Of a stretch of 64,000 nt of DNA, positions 1 through 10,101 are shown in pieces. The stretch's first letter is position 1. Each line of letters begins with the position of its first letter. The DNA is from Thermoplasmata archaeon (GTDB taxonomy: Archaea > Thermoplasmatota > Thermoplasmata > Lutacidiplasmatales > UBA184), in assembly GCA_022750335.1 (NCBI GenBank), contig JAKIVX010000002.1, positions 53,442-117,441 of the forward strand, read 5' to 3'. Made by a program: the position numbers and the translations under genes. Below the pieces are notes generated by a model, which saw only the letters and a list, made by a program, of their open reading frames with translations, searched no databases and was not told the origin of the DNA.

Positions 1-510
1 TCGCCCGTCTCGGTGATGGTGAGATTCGCGGCCATAGTCGAGCGCTACCCACTGAATTTTGTGGAAAGCGGCTTGCCGACGGGGACCAACTGGACCGTGT
101 CGGTCGGCGGCTCCCCAGAATCCTCCCCCGGGGCCACGATTTCCTTCCTCGAGACCAACGGGACCTACACGTTTGCGGTCGGAAGCGTCCCGGGATATGT
201 CGCCTCGGCGGGGAGCGGGTCGGTGACGCTTGCGGGGGTCAATCGTTCGGTGACGGTCACGTTCACCCCCGATCGCGCTTCCCCCGAATTCCTCGGACTT
301 TCGTGGACGGATTGGCTGGCCGTCGGTCTCGTGACAGCACTTGCCGTCGGCCTCGTCGTCATCGGCCTTCGCCGACGTCCGGCGCGGGCGTCGACGAACC
401 CCCCCCCAACGCCGGCTCCGCCCCGCACCTCCACTAAGGCCGGACCGCCGCCGAAGGGAAATGCAGGCATAGGGCCGGAGGCCGACCTCTGGCGCCCTCC
501 GCGTCCGTAG
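1..510 (+). CDS. C-terminal part of a surface protein (thermopsin-like beta repeat, TM anchor, Pro/Arg-rich tail); 5' end outside window
   Basis: Frame open from base 1; 'FVESGLPTGTNWTVSV...NGTYTFAV' repeat typical of Thermoplasmata surface proteins; hydrophobic helix followed by RRRP. Confidence 0.75.
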   Translation, partial: SPVSVMVRFAAIVERYPLNFVESGLPTGTNWTVSVGGSPESSPGATISFLETNGTYTFAVGSVPGYVASAGSGSVTLAGVNRSVTVTFTPDRASPEFLGLSWTDWLAVGLVTALAVGLVVIGLRRRPARASTNPPPTPAPPRTSTKAGPPPKGNAGIGPEADLWRPPRP

Positions 511-580
511 GGCGGGCCGTCCCCCTGGGTCCCCGACCCGGTTCCCCAAATGAGATAGGGATGCGAGGGGCTCGGCCGTT

Positions 581-1783
581 GTGTCGTCCCCCGCACCGCT
601 GAGCTACTCCTCGTACCACACGTACTCGGAGTGCCCCCTACGGTGGAAATTCCTGTACCGGGACCGACTCCCCGAAACGCCGCGCGGGTACTTCACGTTC
701 GGGCGAGTCGTCCACTCGGTGCTCGAGGAGATCATACGACCGCTCGTCGTTCCGACCGCGCGGCGCGTGTCGCTCGGAGACGCCCAACGCACGCTGGATG
801 AGTGGCATCCGTCGGGAAGCACACACTCCCCGCACCTCGAGATAACACGCGAACAACTGTTGGAAGCCTACGACCGCATCTGGTCCAGCGAGGGGTACAC
901 TACTCCCGAGGAAGAGGCCCGGTATCGGACCCTGGGACGCGACCTCCTCCTCCGATATTACGAACGACTGGTGCGGGAACAACCCCATCCGGTTTCAGTC
1001 GAGGAACACCTCGAGGCTCGATGGGACGGTATCCCCATCCACGGGTACATCGATCGGATCGACCGCACTCCCGACGGGGGTCTCGAGATAATGGACTACA
1101 AGACGTCGCGGGAACTCTCCGGAGAAGACGCCCGCCAATCCGAGCAGCTCTCGATCTACCAGGTCCTTGTCGAAAGCAACTACACGGAGCCGGTCGAGGG
1201 ACTCACGCTCTATCACCTCCGATCCTTGACACCCCATCGAGTTCCGCCGAGGCCTCGGACGGCCCTGCTCGCCCTCCACGACCGTCTCGGGTCGGTCCAG
1301 GATGGGATTCGCGCCGAGGCCTTCGAGCCGACCCCGGGGCGGCAATGCTCCCGTTGCGACTTCCAGTCCCGATGCCCGGAGTTCCGTCCGGTGCCGACGT
1401 CTGACGAACCGAGGCTCCGCGAGCTGGTCGACCGTTTTGAGACCTTGAGACACGACGAACGACGCCTTGAGGAGGAGCTGCGCAAGACCGCGGAAGAGCT
1501 CCATCGCGCCGCCGAAGGGTTCGGGGTGCATCGAATTCCGGGAACCCGGTCGGTCGCGATCCGGCGTCGAGAGGAGACGTGGCAGTATTCCTTGAACGGG
1601 ATCCGGCCCGAGGTCGACGCCGCCGGCCTCGACGAACGGTTGGGGAAGGGCACCCCGGAAGAGGTGCGGCGGGTACTCCGGGATGCGAGCGTCGACCCCG
1701 AATTGCGCCGTCGGATGGCCGAGACGGGGTCCCGTCGGGTCAAGTGGTATTGGGAGCTCGATGAGGGCACCCCAAGCGGGTAG
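581..1783 (+). CDS. PD-(D/E)XK nuclease, RecB/AddB/Cas4-like, with probable Fe-S staple
   Basis: N-terminal 'ECPLRW', 'GYIDRID', 'IMDYKT', 'QLSIY', C-terminal 'CSRCDFQSRC'. Confidence 0.85.
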   Translation: MSSPAPLSYSSYHTYSECPLRWKFLYRDRLPETPRGYFTFGRVVHSVLEEIIRPLVVPTARRVSLGDAQRTLDEWHPSGSTHSPHLEITREQLLEAYDRIWSSEGYTTPEEEARYRTLGRDLLLRYYERLVREQPHPVSVEEHLEARWDGIPIHGYIDRIDRTPDGGLEIMDYKTSRELSGEDARQSEQLSIYQVLVESNYTEPVEGLTLYHLRSLTPHRVPPRPRTALLALHDRLGSVQDGIRAEAFEPTPGRQCSRCDFQSRCPEFRPVPTSDEPRLRELVDRFETLRHDERRLEEELRKTAEELHRAAEGFGVHRIPGTRSVAIRRREETWQYSLNGIRPEVDAAGLDERLGKGTPEEVRRVLRDASVDPELRRRMAETGSRRVKWYWELDEGTPSG

Positions 1784-1840
1784 CCTCGTGCTTCGCGAGC
1801 GCCGAGCAAAGGATATCTAGCCCACCCGGTAGGCTCCCGT

Positions 1841-2908
1841 ATGGGGATTCCCCTCTCTTCCAATGCCCGACTCTCCTCGCTGGAGGGTCGTGCCCCGGCC
1901 ATCACGACCCTGTGCTCTCATTCATCCTTACAGATATTCCACGGGGCTCGGAAAGAGGGGTTTCGGACGATCGGCCTCGCGGCGGGGACTCCTCCCCGGT
2001 TCTACGATGCCTTCCCGCTCGCGCGGCCGGACCGGTTCGTAACCGTGCCTAAGATGGCAGATCTTCCCTCGGTGGCCGATCATCTCCGGTCCGAAGCGGC
2101 CGTGATCGTCCCGCACGGGTCCTTCGTGGAGTACATGGGGGCCGACGCGTTCAGCGCCTGGGACGTTCCAGTCTACGGGAACCGGAAGGTCATTTCCTGG
2201 GAGGCTGACCGGAAGAAATCCCGGGAATGGCTCGAATCCGCCGGGGCGACCATGCCACGGCGGTACGACCACGCCTCGGAGGTCGACGGGCCGGTCATCG
2301 TGAAGTACTACGGGGCGAAGGGCGGGAAGGGATTCTTCCTCGCCAAGAACCGGGAGGCGCTCGACGACTTCCACCCGACGGGACCCTACGTCATCCAGGA
2401 GTACGTCCTCGGCACCCGGTACTACATGCATTTCTTCTACACACCGCTCTCGGACCGAGGGTACCGGGTCGGGCACGGTTCGCTCGAACTCCTCGGGATG
2501 GACCGGCGCGACGAAGCGAACATCGACGAGCTCTACAAGCTCGGTGCCCATGAAGAATTGGTCCGCGCCGGGATCCGCCCCACCTTCGTCGTGACCGGCA
2601 ACGTCCCCGTGGTGCTGCGGGAGTCGTTGCTGCCGCGGGCCTTCGAGGTGGCCGCTCACATCGTCGAACGGTCGATCGAACTGTTCGGGGGGATGGTCGG
2701 CCCGTTCTGCCTGGAAGGGATCATGACCGAGGAGCTCGAATTCAAGGTTTTTGAGATCTCGACCCGGATCGTCGCGGGTACGAACCTGTTCATCTCGGGA
2801 AGCCCCTACTCCGATTTCGTGGAGCCGAACCTCTCTACCGGCCGACGGATCGCCCAGGAGATTCGGCGAGCCCTGGATACCGGTCGCCTCGCTGAGATCA
2901 TCAGCTGA
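1841..2908 (+). CDS. purP: FAICAR synthetase (PurP, ATP-grasp)
   Basis: '[16 protein letters not shown]', 'VPHGSFVEY', 'GAKGGKG', '[12 protein letters not shown]'. Confidence 0.92.
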   Translation: MGIPLSSNARLSSLEGRAPAITTLCSHSSLQIFHGARKEGFRTIGLAAGTPPRFYDAFPLARPDRFVTVPKMADLPSVADHLRSEAAVIVPHGSFVEYMGADAFSAWDVPVYGNRKVISWEADRKKSREWLESAGATMPRRYDHASEVDGPVIVKYYGAKGGKGFFLAKNREALDDFHPTGPYVIQEYVLGTRYYMHFFYTPLSDRGYRVGHGSLELLGMDRRDEANIDELYKLGAHEELVRAGIRPTFVVTGNVPVVLRESLLPRAFEVAAHIVERSIELFGGMVGPFCLEGIMTEELEFKVFEISTRIVAGTNLFISGSPYSDFVEPNLSTGRRIAQEIRRALDTGRLAEIIS

Positions 2909-2939
2909 GTCGCCCCGCCCCGGAGGGAGCTCGTCCACT

Positions 2940-3902
2940 GTGTCCGCGTCGAGTGACTTCGCCGTCGAGGTCGAGCACCTCCGGAAGGTGTACGCCAAGA
3001 GCAAGGATCAGAAACCCGCGCTGGACGACCTGACCCTCAAGATCCCCAAGGGTCGTGTCTACGGCCTCATCGGTCGCAACGGCGCCGGCAAGACCACGTT
3101 CGTTCGGATCGCGTCCACGCAGCTCGCCCTGACCTCGGGCCGCCTCTCGGTCCTCGGCCTGGACGTGAAGACCCAGACCCGCGAGGTCCGGAGACGGATC
3201 GCCTGCGTTCCTCAGGAATCCCGACCCCTCTATTTCCTCAACACCCAGGAGGTCGTCTACCTGTACCTCAAGATGCGGGGGATGGAACCGGTCGAGGCCC
3301 GGCGTCGGACCCGCGATGCGCTCGAAGAACTCTCGCTCACCGAGTATCGAACCAAGCTCGTCTCCCGGCTCTCGGGGGGGCTCCGTCGCCGGGCCCTCTG
3401 CGCGATGGTGCTCGCTTCCGACGCGGAAGTGCTCTTCCTGGACGAGCCGACCACGGGGCTCGACCCTCTCGCGCGTCGCGAGGTGTGGAAAGCGGTGCGC
3501 CGCACGATCCGGGAACACCGGACGATCGTGCTCACCACTCACTACCTCGACGAGGCCGAAGCGCTGTCCACCCGACTGGCCCTCATCGAGAAGGGCCAGT
3601 TGCGCCTCGAGGGCTCTCCTGAGGACCTCCGGGCGCGAGTCCGGTATCCCTACCGCGTGACGGTCCAGAGTCCGTTCCCGCGGGAGGAGCTCGAGTCGTA
3701 CGGCCGGGTGGCCCCGATCGAGGGCGGATTCCTCGTGTTCGCCCGGGAAGCCGATGCGCGCGAAGTGGCACGCAAGGGGCTCGAACGGGGACTTCGCGTG
3801 TCGCTCGGGCCCGTCAGCCTCGAGGACATCTTCCTCGAGGTGGTAGGAAAATCGATCGAGGAAGATGCTCCCGCGGAGGGGCTCGAGGAGGCGTCCGCGT
3901 GA
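2940..3902 (+). CDS. ABC exporter ATP-binding subunit
   Basis: Walker A GRNGAGKT, LSGG signature, LFLDEPTTGLD, TTHY; GTG start estimated at 2940. Confidence 0.9.
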   Translation: MSASSDFAVEVEHLRKVYAKSKDQKPALDDLTLKIPKGRVYGLIGRNGAGKTTFVRIASTQLALTSGRLSVLGLDVKTQTREVRRRIACVPQESRPLYFLNTQEVVYLYLKMRGMEPVEARRRTRDALEELSLTEYRTKLVSRLSGGLRRRALCAMVLASDAEVLFLDEPTTGLDPLARREVWKAVRRTIREHRTIVLTTHYLDEAEALSTRLALIEKGQLRLEGSPEDLRARVRYPYRVTVQSPFPREELESYGRVAPIEGGFLVFAREADAREVARKGLERGLRVSLGPVSLEDIFLEVVGKSIEEDAPAEGLEEASA

Positions 3903-4645
3903 GCTCCCGGCATCGCTTGCGTTCCCTGCTAACGCTCGTCCAGATCAACGGCATCATCCCGATCCGGACCCAGCCACTCTACATCCTCAGCCTGGTCGCC
4001 TCCCCCCTCTCGTTCCTCTTCTTCATTTTCATCATTTCGAAGGGAGCACTCCTCGCCTTCGGCGTCACGGGAGGGATGATCCTGACGATGCTGTCGGTGG
4101 GCACTGGCCTTCAGAGCGACCTGACCCACTACCGCCACGACCTCAAGTTCCAGGATGTCGTGGTCGCCTCGCCGGTCGAAGCGCCGATCTACGTCGCGGG
4201 GATGGCCCTCTCCGAGCTCGTCTACTCCTTGCCCGGACTCGCCGTATTCGTCGTGATATACTTCCTCGACGGCCTCGCCACCCCGCTGAGCATCGTGGTG
4301 CTCACCGGGACCCTCCTGCTCGTCTGGGGGTTCGCCTGCGCCCTCGGGTTCACGCTCGCGACCTGGTTCGAAGATGTCCGGGAAACGTTCCTCTTCAGCC
4401 CGCTCATCTCCCTTGCCCTCACGGTGCTCCCGCCGGTCTACTACCCGCTCAGCTACCTCCCTGGATGGGCCCAGACCGCGGCGCGGTTCTCGCCGACGAC
4501 GTACGCGGCCCAGTTGGTGCAGGGGACGGTCGGGCTCGTCCCCCTCTCCTTCAACGAGGCGGTGATCGACTGGACGGTCCTCGGGGCATTCACCGTGGCG
4601 CTCTTCGTCATCGCGGCGTTCAAGGCCCGCTGGCAGGAGCCATGA
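3899..4645 (+). CDS. ABC-2 type permease
   Basis: About six hydrophobic segments, 'PVYYPLSYLPGW'; GTGA overlap with the ATPase gene. Confidence 0.88.
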   Translation: MSSRHRLRSLLTLVQINGIIPIRTQPLYILSLVASPLSFLFFIFIISKGALLAFGVTGGMILTMLSVGTGLQSDLTHYRHDLKFQDVVVASPVEAPIYVAGMALSELVYSLPGLAVFVVIYFLDGLATPLSIVVLTGTLLLVWGFACALGFTLATWFEDVRETFLFSPLISLALTVLPPVYYPLSYLPGWAQTAARFSPTTYAAQLVQGTVGLVPLSFNEAVIDWTVLGAFTVALFVIAAFKARWQEP

Positions 4646-4730
4646 GCGAGCGCTTCTGCCGGAAAAATGGACCAGTTATCTGACCCGTCGCGCGAGGTGT
4701 TATGTACCCCGCGTCTCGTGGAGCCGCCCG

Positions 4731-4970
4731 ATGCTTTCGTTCGCGGACAGTCGTGGTTTCGAGAACTTCGATGAGCGGTTCTCGCACTGCCTGTTCTGCG
4801 GCCGGACCCTCGTCGTTCTCCCCGAGGACCGGCGGGGCGGAAGCTGTTTCGACTGCCTCGCGCTCTCGGTCGCAGCCCCGTCCCCATGCCCGGAATGCCG
4901 GAGCCTGATCCCGGGCGAGGACCGCGCGCTCGGCTGCGCTACCTGCGGCTGGTACCCGATCCAAGACTGA
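4731..4970 (+). CDS. Small double zinc-ribbon protein
   Basis: Four CxxC motifs (CLFC, CFDC, CPEC, CATC) in 79 aa; TATA-like TTATGTA about 30 nt upstream. Confidence 0.7.
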   Translation: MLSFADSRGFENFDERFSHCLFCGRTLVVLPEDRRGGSCFDCLALSVAAPSPCPECRSLIPGEDRALGCATCGWYPIQD

Positions 4971-5071
4971 ACGGGCGTCCGAGCCGTCGGGGCTCCCTTC
5001 GGGCGCTCAATCTCCACCGACCGCTCCTCCGCTAAGCTTATCGGGCGAATTCGGTCCCAACGACAGGGCGT

Positions 5072-5192
5072 GCCGAGGTGGCTCAGTCCGGTACGGCGCG
5101 AGTCTGGAAAGCTCGTGGCGGAATACGCCTCGGGAGTTCAAAGGTGAGGGACGGCGGACCCGTCCCCGCGGGAATTCTCCCCCTCGGCGCCA
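5072..5192 (+). tRNA. tRNA-Ser(GGA) with 33-nt T-loop intron (5143-5175, position 59/60); CCA encoded
   Basis: Acceptor GCCGAGG/CCTCGGC, discriminator G then CCA; anticodon arm CGAGT-CTGGAAA-GCTCG; long variable arm; T-arm GGGAG-TTCAAA^T-CTCCC after intron removal. Confidence 0.93.
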
Positions 5193-5229
5193 CCCTCCGC
5201 CTCGACCAAACTGGACCGGGGGACGCTCG

Positions 5230-5724
5230 ATGAGCGTCCCGGACCGCCGCGCCGTGCCCGCACTCCTCCAGGTCGACTCCATCCTGATCCACCTGGCCGG
5301 GCGGAACGCCCTGGCCGAGGTGTGCCGGTATCTCGTCCATGAGTTTCCCCACTACCCCTGGGTGGGGATCTACCGTCGGGAGGACGCTATGCTGGTCCTC
5401 GACGCCTACAACGGGCCTGAGGCCACGGAACACGTGCGGATCCCGCTCGACCGCGGGATCTGCGGGCAGGCGGCGCGGGAGAACCGAACGGTCATCGTCG
5501 ACGACGTCCGGGCCGCCCCGGAGTACCTGGCCTGCTTCCTCTCGACCCGGTCGGAGATCGTGGTCCCGATCCACGACGGACCGGACGTGCTGGGCGAGAT
5601 CGATATCGACGGAAATCAGGTCAAGGCGTTCGATGCGAGCGACCGGCGGTTCTTGGAGCAGGTCGCGGCGAAGCTCGTGGACGCGGTCCGGAAGAGCGCG
5701 GCGGAGCCGCCGCCGCCCGCCTGA
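5230..5724 (+). CDS. msrC: GAF-domain protein, free methionine-R-sulfoxide reductase family
   Basis: 'WVGIY', 'GICGQAA', 'YLAC', 'SEIVVPI', 'GEIDID'. Confidence 0.8.
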   Translation: MSVPDRRAVPALLQVDSILIHLAGRNALAEVCRYLVHEFPHYPWVGIYRREDAMLVLDAYNGPEATEHVRIPLDRGICGQAARENRTVIVDDVRAAPEYLACFLSTRSEIVVPIHDGPDVLGEIDIDGNQVKAFDASDRRFLEQVAAKLVDAVRKSAAEPPPPA

Positions 5725-6448
5725 GATTCCGCCCGATCGTTCGGAGGGCCCCCGCGAGGGCCGCGCGTCGGTCGAACGGAGCGAATACCCCCGTCGGCGC
5801 GGTGGGCGGCCGCTGCTCGAGATCCTCGGCGATCTGGGAGAGGGCACGGCGGAGCTCGTCCACGATGGGAAGGTCGGCTTGTTGGCTCGTCCGGGACAGG
5901 GGGTTGAGGTCGATCGAGATCACCTTCTTCCCCAGCGCCCGCAGTGCTTCCGTCCGGTCCCCGTCCTCAAGCGGGACGATACAGAGGTCGGCGACGAGGA
6001 TCCCCCTCCGGTCGACTTGGGCCCGGTCCGACGGGAGTCCGGGAATACGGGCGGTGGGGCGGACACCGAGCGGGTGGCGGACTCCCGCCTCGCGCAAAGC
6101 GTCGGCGACCGCGCGCGCGCGGGGTCCGGTCCGGTGGAAGAGGTTGACCTCGACCGCGAGGCCGGGACACGCCCGAGCGAGACGCGCCACTTCCGACGCA
6201 GCCAGGGCGGCGACGTTCCCGTTCACGCTCAACACCGGACGCCGTGCCTGTCGGAGCCACCCCGCCGCAGCGGCCTCGGCGAGGCGCGCACTGGGGGTGG
6301 TATGTTCCCCCAGGAGGTAGTCGAACGTCTCGCCCCTGCCGTGGGCGATGAGCCCTTCCGGGGCCACGAGTCCGGTTCGGCTCAGCTCGGTTAGACGGGC
6401 CCGCACCCGGAGACTCGCGTACCGGGGGTGCGAGGGTGAGAGGCGCAT
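5621..6448 (-). CDS. Archaeal phosphopantothenate synthetase (4-phosphopantoate--beta-alanine ligase)
   Basis: 'HPRYASL', 'GLIAHGRGETFDYLLGE', 'SVNGN', 'VPLEDGDR', 'IDLNPLSRT'; ATG at 6448. Confidence 0.92.
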   Translation of the reverse strand: MRLSPSHPRYASLRVRARLTELSRTGLVAPEGLIAHGRGETFDYLLGEHTTPSARLAEAAAAGWLRQARRPVLSVNGNVAALAASEVARLARACPGLAVEVNLFHRTGPRARAVADALREAGVRHPLGVRPTARIPGLPSDRAQVDRRGILVADLCIVPLEDGDRTEALRALGKKVISIDLNPLSRTSQQADLPIVDELRRALSQIAEDLEQRPPTAPTGVFAPFDRRAALAGALRTIGRNLRRAAAAPPRSSGPRPRASPRPAPRTAGRSHRTP

Positions 6449-6461
6449 GGGTCCGGGATCG

Positions 6462-7199
6462 TCAGGTGCCGTTGGAGGCGGTGTCGCGAGCCGGGGTATC
6501 GGAAGCGTCCGCGCCGTTGACACGTCCCTCGAGGGCGGCCACGCGCTGTTCGAGCGGAGCCAGTCCCTCCTCGAGGACCTTGCTGAGCGAGAGCTTGAGA
6601 CTCTCCTCGAGGGCGAGGATGTCCCGGCCAAGGTCGATGATGCGGCGAGCGTTCTCGTTGAGAAGCAGGCGGTTCTGCGTCGCGACCCGGAACGTGTCCG
6701 ACAGGTCCTTCGTCAGTTGCGACGACCGTTGGGCGAACGACTCGACGGACTCCCCGATCGGTTTCCATTTGTTGTCCAAGTTCGCGATCAGGTCCTGGGA
6801 GATCTTCTGGGCAGCCGTCCCTACGCCGGTGCCGATTTCCTTGCCGACGCGGTCGGCGACCCCGTTCTCGAGCTCCTGGAGCCGGGTCTTGAGCTCGGCC
6901 CCGAGCGCATCGCGCACGGCGTCGCCCCGCTGCTGGCGGTCCTCGACCGACTGGATCCGGGCCGTGAGATTCGAGTAGGCGGTCTGGATGAGCACGTCAA
7001 AGTGCTGGGTCGTGGACTCCTGGGCCCGCAAGAGGAGGTGCAGGATCCAATGCTCGCGACCCTTCGTCTCGGATAGCGGACCCCGGTCGAGTCGGTCCCG
7101 GACCTCGCGGTCCTCCAAGATGGACTGGAGTTCCTTGAGGATCTCGAGTCGGAGGGCACTGGACGACGACCCCGCGCCCGCCGGCACACGCCCGGCCAT
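6462..7199 (-). CDS. Hypothetical helical/coiled-coil protein
   Basis: 245 aa, L/E/Q/K-rich with heptad character; TATA-like site near 7224. Confidence 0.7.
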   Translation of the reverse strand: MAGRVPAGAGSSSSALRLEILKELQSILEDREVRDRLDRGPLSETKGREHWILHLLLRAQESTTQHFDVLIQTAYSNLTARIQSVEDRQQRGDAVRDALGAELKTRLQELENGVADRVGKEIGTGVGTAAQKISQDLIANLDNKWKPIGESVESFAQRSSQLTKDLSDTFRVATQNRLLLNENARRIIDLGRDILALEESLKLSLSKVLEEGLAPLEQRVAALEGRVNGADASDTPARDTASNGT

Positions 7200-7258
7200 G
7201 GGTCGCGATGGGGGCTCGGCTACTATAAGAGTTCGCGAGAGTGGGCGCTCGCGCCCTC

Positions 7259-8410
7259 TTACAGAAATTCATCGCCCAGGAGTTCCCGGGCGACGACCAA
7301 TCGACGGATCTCGCTCGTCCCGGCCCCGATCTCCAGTAGTTTCGCATCGCGGGCGAGACGTTCGATCGGAAGGTCCCGCATGTAGCCATACCCGCCGTGG
7401 ATCTGGATCGCGGCGAGCGCGTGACGCGTGGAGGCCTCGGAAGCGAACGTGAGCGCGGCCGCGCTCTGACGTAGGCTTCGGCGATCCTTCCCCACGGAGT
7501 CGAGTGCCGCATAGGTCAGTCCACGGGCGGCTTCGAGGTCGGCATACATGTCGGCCAGCTTGGCCTGGACCAGTTGGAAGTGTCCGATCTTTTGCCCGAA
7601 CTGTTCCCGTGAGCGGGCGTAGTCGAGGCTCCGTTCGAGACATTCGGCCATGATGCCCACGGGGATCCCCGCCAGCACGGCCCGTTCCACGTTGAGCCCT
7701 CCCATCATGATGGAGACGCCTTCGTTCTCGACCCCCACCAGTTGCTCGGCGGCCACTTCGCAGTCCTGGAAGGCGAGCTCCCCGGTCGGCGAGCCCCGCA
7801 TCCCCATCTTGTCCAGGCGCTTGGCGACCGTGAAGCCACGGGTCTTGCTCGACACCAAGAAGGCGCTGATCCCGTGGGCGCCCCGTTCCGGTGCGGTCTT
7901 GGCGTAGACCAGCAGCCAGTCGGCGACGGGACCGTTCGTGATGAACTGCTTCGAGCCGTTCAGCACGAAGTGTCCCCCGTGGCGTTCGGCACGTGTCCGC
8001 ACGGCCACCGCATCCGACCCGGCTTGCGGCTCGGTGAGGGCGAGCGCTCCGACGGCCTCCCCTGAGATGATCGCGGGCAAGGCCAACGAGCGTTGCGCCG
8101 GAGTCCCGTTCCGGGCCAGGTTGTCTCCGAACAGGTTGGAATGGGCGCCCACGCTGAGGGCGAGGGCCGGGCTGACCCGGGCGATCTCCTCGAGAATGAG
8201 CGCCTGGGCGAGATACGAGAGTCCCAGGCCCCCGAACTCGGTCGGGAGGGTGACCCCCAAGAAGCCCTGCTCGCCCAACCGACGGAATACCTCCCGCGGG
8301 AAGTACTCTTCGCGGTCCATCCGCTCCGCGACCGGAGCGATCTCCTTTCGGGCGAAGCGCCGCGCGGCCTCACGCAGCTCTCGCTCCTCGTCCGAGAGTG
8401 CGAGGTCCAT
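7259..8410 (-). CDS. Acyl-CoA dehydrogenase (isovaleryl-CoA dehydrogenase-like)
   Basis: '[13 protein letters not shown]', '[11 protein letters not shown]', 'QIHGGYGY', '[11 protein letters not shown]' (Ala at the MCAD Glu position, as in IVD). Confidence 0.9.
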   Translation of the reverse strand: MDLALSDEERELREAARRFARKEIAPVAERMDREEYFPREVFRRLGEQGFLGVTLPTEFGGLGLSYLAQALILEEIARVSPALALSVGAHSNLFGDNLARNGTPAQRSLALPAIISGEAVGALALTEPQAGSDAVAVRTRAERHGGHFVLNGSKQFITNGPVADWLLVYAKTAPERGAHGISAFLVSSKTRGFTVAKRLDKMGMRGSPTGELAFQDCEVAAEQLVGVENEGVSIMMGGLNVERAVLAGIPVGIMAECLERSLDYARSREQFGQKIGHFQLVQAKLADMYADLEAARGLTYAALDSVGKDRRSLRQSAAALTFASEASTRHALAAIQIHGGYGYMRDLPIERLARDAKLLEIGAGTSEIRRLVVARELLGDEFL

Positions 8411-10023
8411 CAGCCCGACGACTCCCGTCGGCGCTTAACTCTTGTCGGAGGTCGGTGGGTCCCACGGGAGTCGGCCCGCCGGACCACGAGCCCGATATGG
8501 AGCCGCCAGGAGGGCAGCGTGCGGGGATGATCCGATCGGAAATGGGCGCCCCGGCTTTCCGTCCGTCGCAGGGCCGCCCGCGCGATCAGGTACGCCGTGA
8601 GGGCGGCGTTCGCCACCGGTCCGGGCACCTCGCGCGCTGACGCGGGTTCCATCTTCGCCCCGAGTTGCTCGAACGTCTCGACGGCGGACCGAAGACCGGC
8701 GGCGTTGCGCACGATGCCTACCTCGTCCCATAGGGTGGAACGAACCCGCTCGATCCCCGACCGCTCTTCGGGTAGTCCGGACCCGACGGGCAGCGGGAGC
8801 TGGAGGACGAGGTCTGGCGGGGTGGGCCCGCCCGCGGTCGGGTGCAGCAAGTGACGGGCCACGCGCTCCCCGAAGACCAACCCCTCAAGGAGGGAGTTAC
8901 TGGCGAGGCGGTTTGCCCCGTGGACGCCGGTCGAGGCAACCTCACCGCAGGCGTAGAGCGAGGGGATCGTCGTCCGCCCATCGACGTCGGTCGTCACGCC
9001 CCCGATCATGAAGTGCGCCATCGGGGCCACGGGGATCATGTCCCGCGCGGGGTCGATGCCGTACGTGGCGAGGAACCGGGTCACCGTTGGAAATCGGGCG
9101 TAGAGCCGGTCGGCGGGGATGGCGGTGGCGTCGAGGAACACGGAGGACTGGCCGCTCCGATCGAGCTCCCGTCGGATGGCCCGGGCCACCACGTCGCGCG
9201 GCGCCAACTCCGCGTCCGGGTGCGCTCGGACGAGAAACCGATCGCCCGCAGCGTTCCGCACGAGCGCCCCCTCCCCCCGCAGCGCCTCGGTGATCAGGAA
9301 TCGCGGAGCTCCGTCCCGAGCGAACACGGTCGGATGGAACTGGATGAACTCCATGTCCGTCAGGAGCGCCCCCGCGCGGAATGCGATCGCGACCCCCTCG
9401 CCGGTAGCGATCGAGGGGTTGGAGCTCTCGCGGTAGAGGCTACCGGCGCCTCCGGTCGCCAGCACGACGGGACGTCCCGCTTCGACCTCCAGTCCCTTCC
9501 CCCCCTCCCGAGAGAGAACGGCGACCGGGCCGTCGCTCCCTCCCGGCCGCAACGCCCGTAGCACGGTCCGCTCCCGGGCGTCGATCCCCTCTTCGAGTAC
9601 GCGTCGCTTGAGCGTCTCCTCGATGGACGCGCCGGTCGCGTCGCCCCCGGCGTGAAGGATCCGGGCCCGGGAATGGGCGGCTTCGCGTCCGAGCGATATC
9701 CGTCCGTCGACTGTATCGAAGGGGACTCCGTACCGAACCAGGTCGGCGATCCGGCGGGGCCCTTCGTGCGTGAGGATCCGGGCCGCCGCGAGGTCGACCA
9801 GTCCCGCCCCCGCCCGAACAGTATCGGCGAGGTGGCGCGCCGGCGAATCATCCGGTCCGAGTGCGGCCGCGATGCCGCCCTGCGCGTAGCGCGTGTTGGA
9901 CTCCTCGAGTCGAGACTTCGTCACGATGGTCGGGCGGAGCCCCAACTCTTTGGCTCGCAGAGCGACGTAAAGGCCCGCGATCCCGCTGCCGATGATCAGC
10001 GGCCGCCGCTCGGCCCTCACCAC
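8410..10023 (-). CDS. nadB: L-aspartate oxidase
   Basis: 'IIGSGIAG', '[12 protein letters not shown]', 'REAAHS', 'FIQFHPT', '[15 protein letters not shown]'. Confidence 0.92.
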   Translation of the reverse strand: MVRAERRPLIIGSGIAGLYVALRAKELGLRPTIVTKSRLEESNTRYAQGGIAAALGPDDSPARHLADTVRAGAGLVDLAAARILTHEGPRRIADLVRYGVPFDTVDGRISLGREAAHSRARILHAGGDATGASIEETLKRRVLEEGIDARERTVLRALRPGGSDGPVAVLSREGGKGLEVEAGRPVVLATGGAGSLYRESSNPSIATGEGVAIAFRAGALLTDMEFIQFHPTVFARDGAPRFLITEALRGEGALVRNAAGDRFLVRAHPDAELAPRDVVARAIRRELDRSGQSSVFLDATAIPADRLYARFPTVTRFLATYGIDPARDMIPVAPMAHFMIGGVTTDVDGRTTIPSLYACGEVASTGVHGANRLASNSLLEGLVFGERVARHLLHPTAGGPTPPDLVLQLPLPVGSGLPEERSGIERVRSTLWDEVGIVRNAAGLRSAVETFEQLGAKMEPASAREVPGPVANAALTAYLIARAALRRTESRGAHFRSDHPRTLPSWRLHIGLVVRRADSRGTHRPPTRVKRRRESSG

Positions 10024-10101
10024 GGGGGGGAAGACGGGGCCCGGAGGTATAGCGGCTCCGAGGCGGGCACGCTCCTATACCCGTGTGGGCTCCGTGGCCC
10101 G

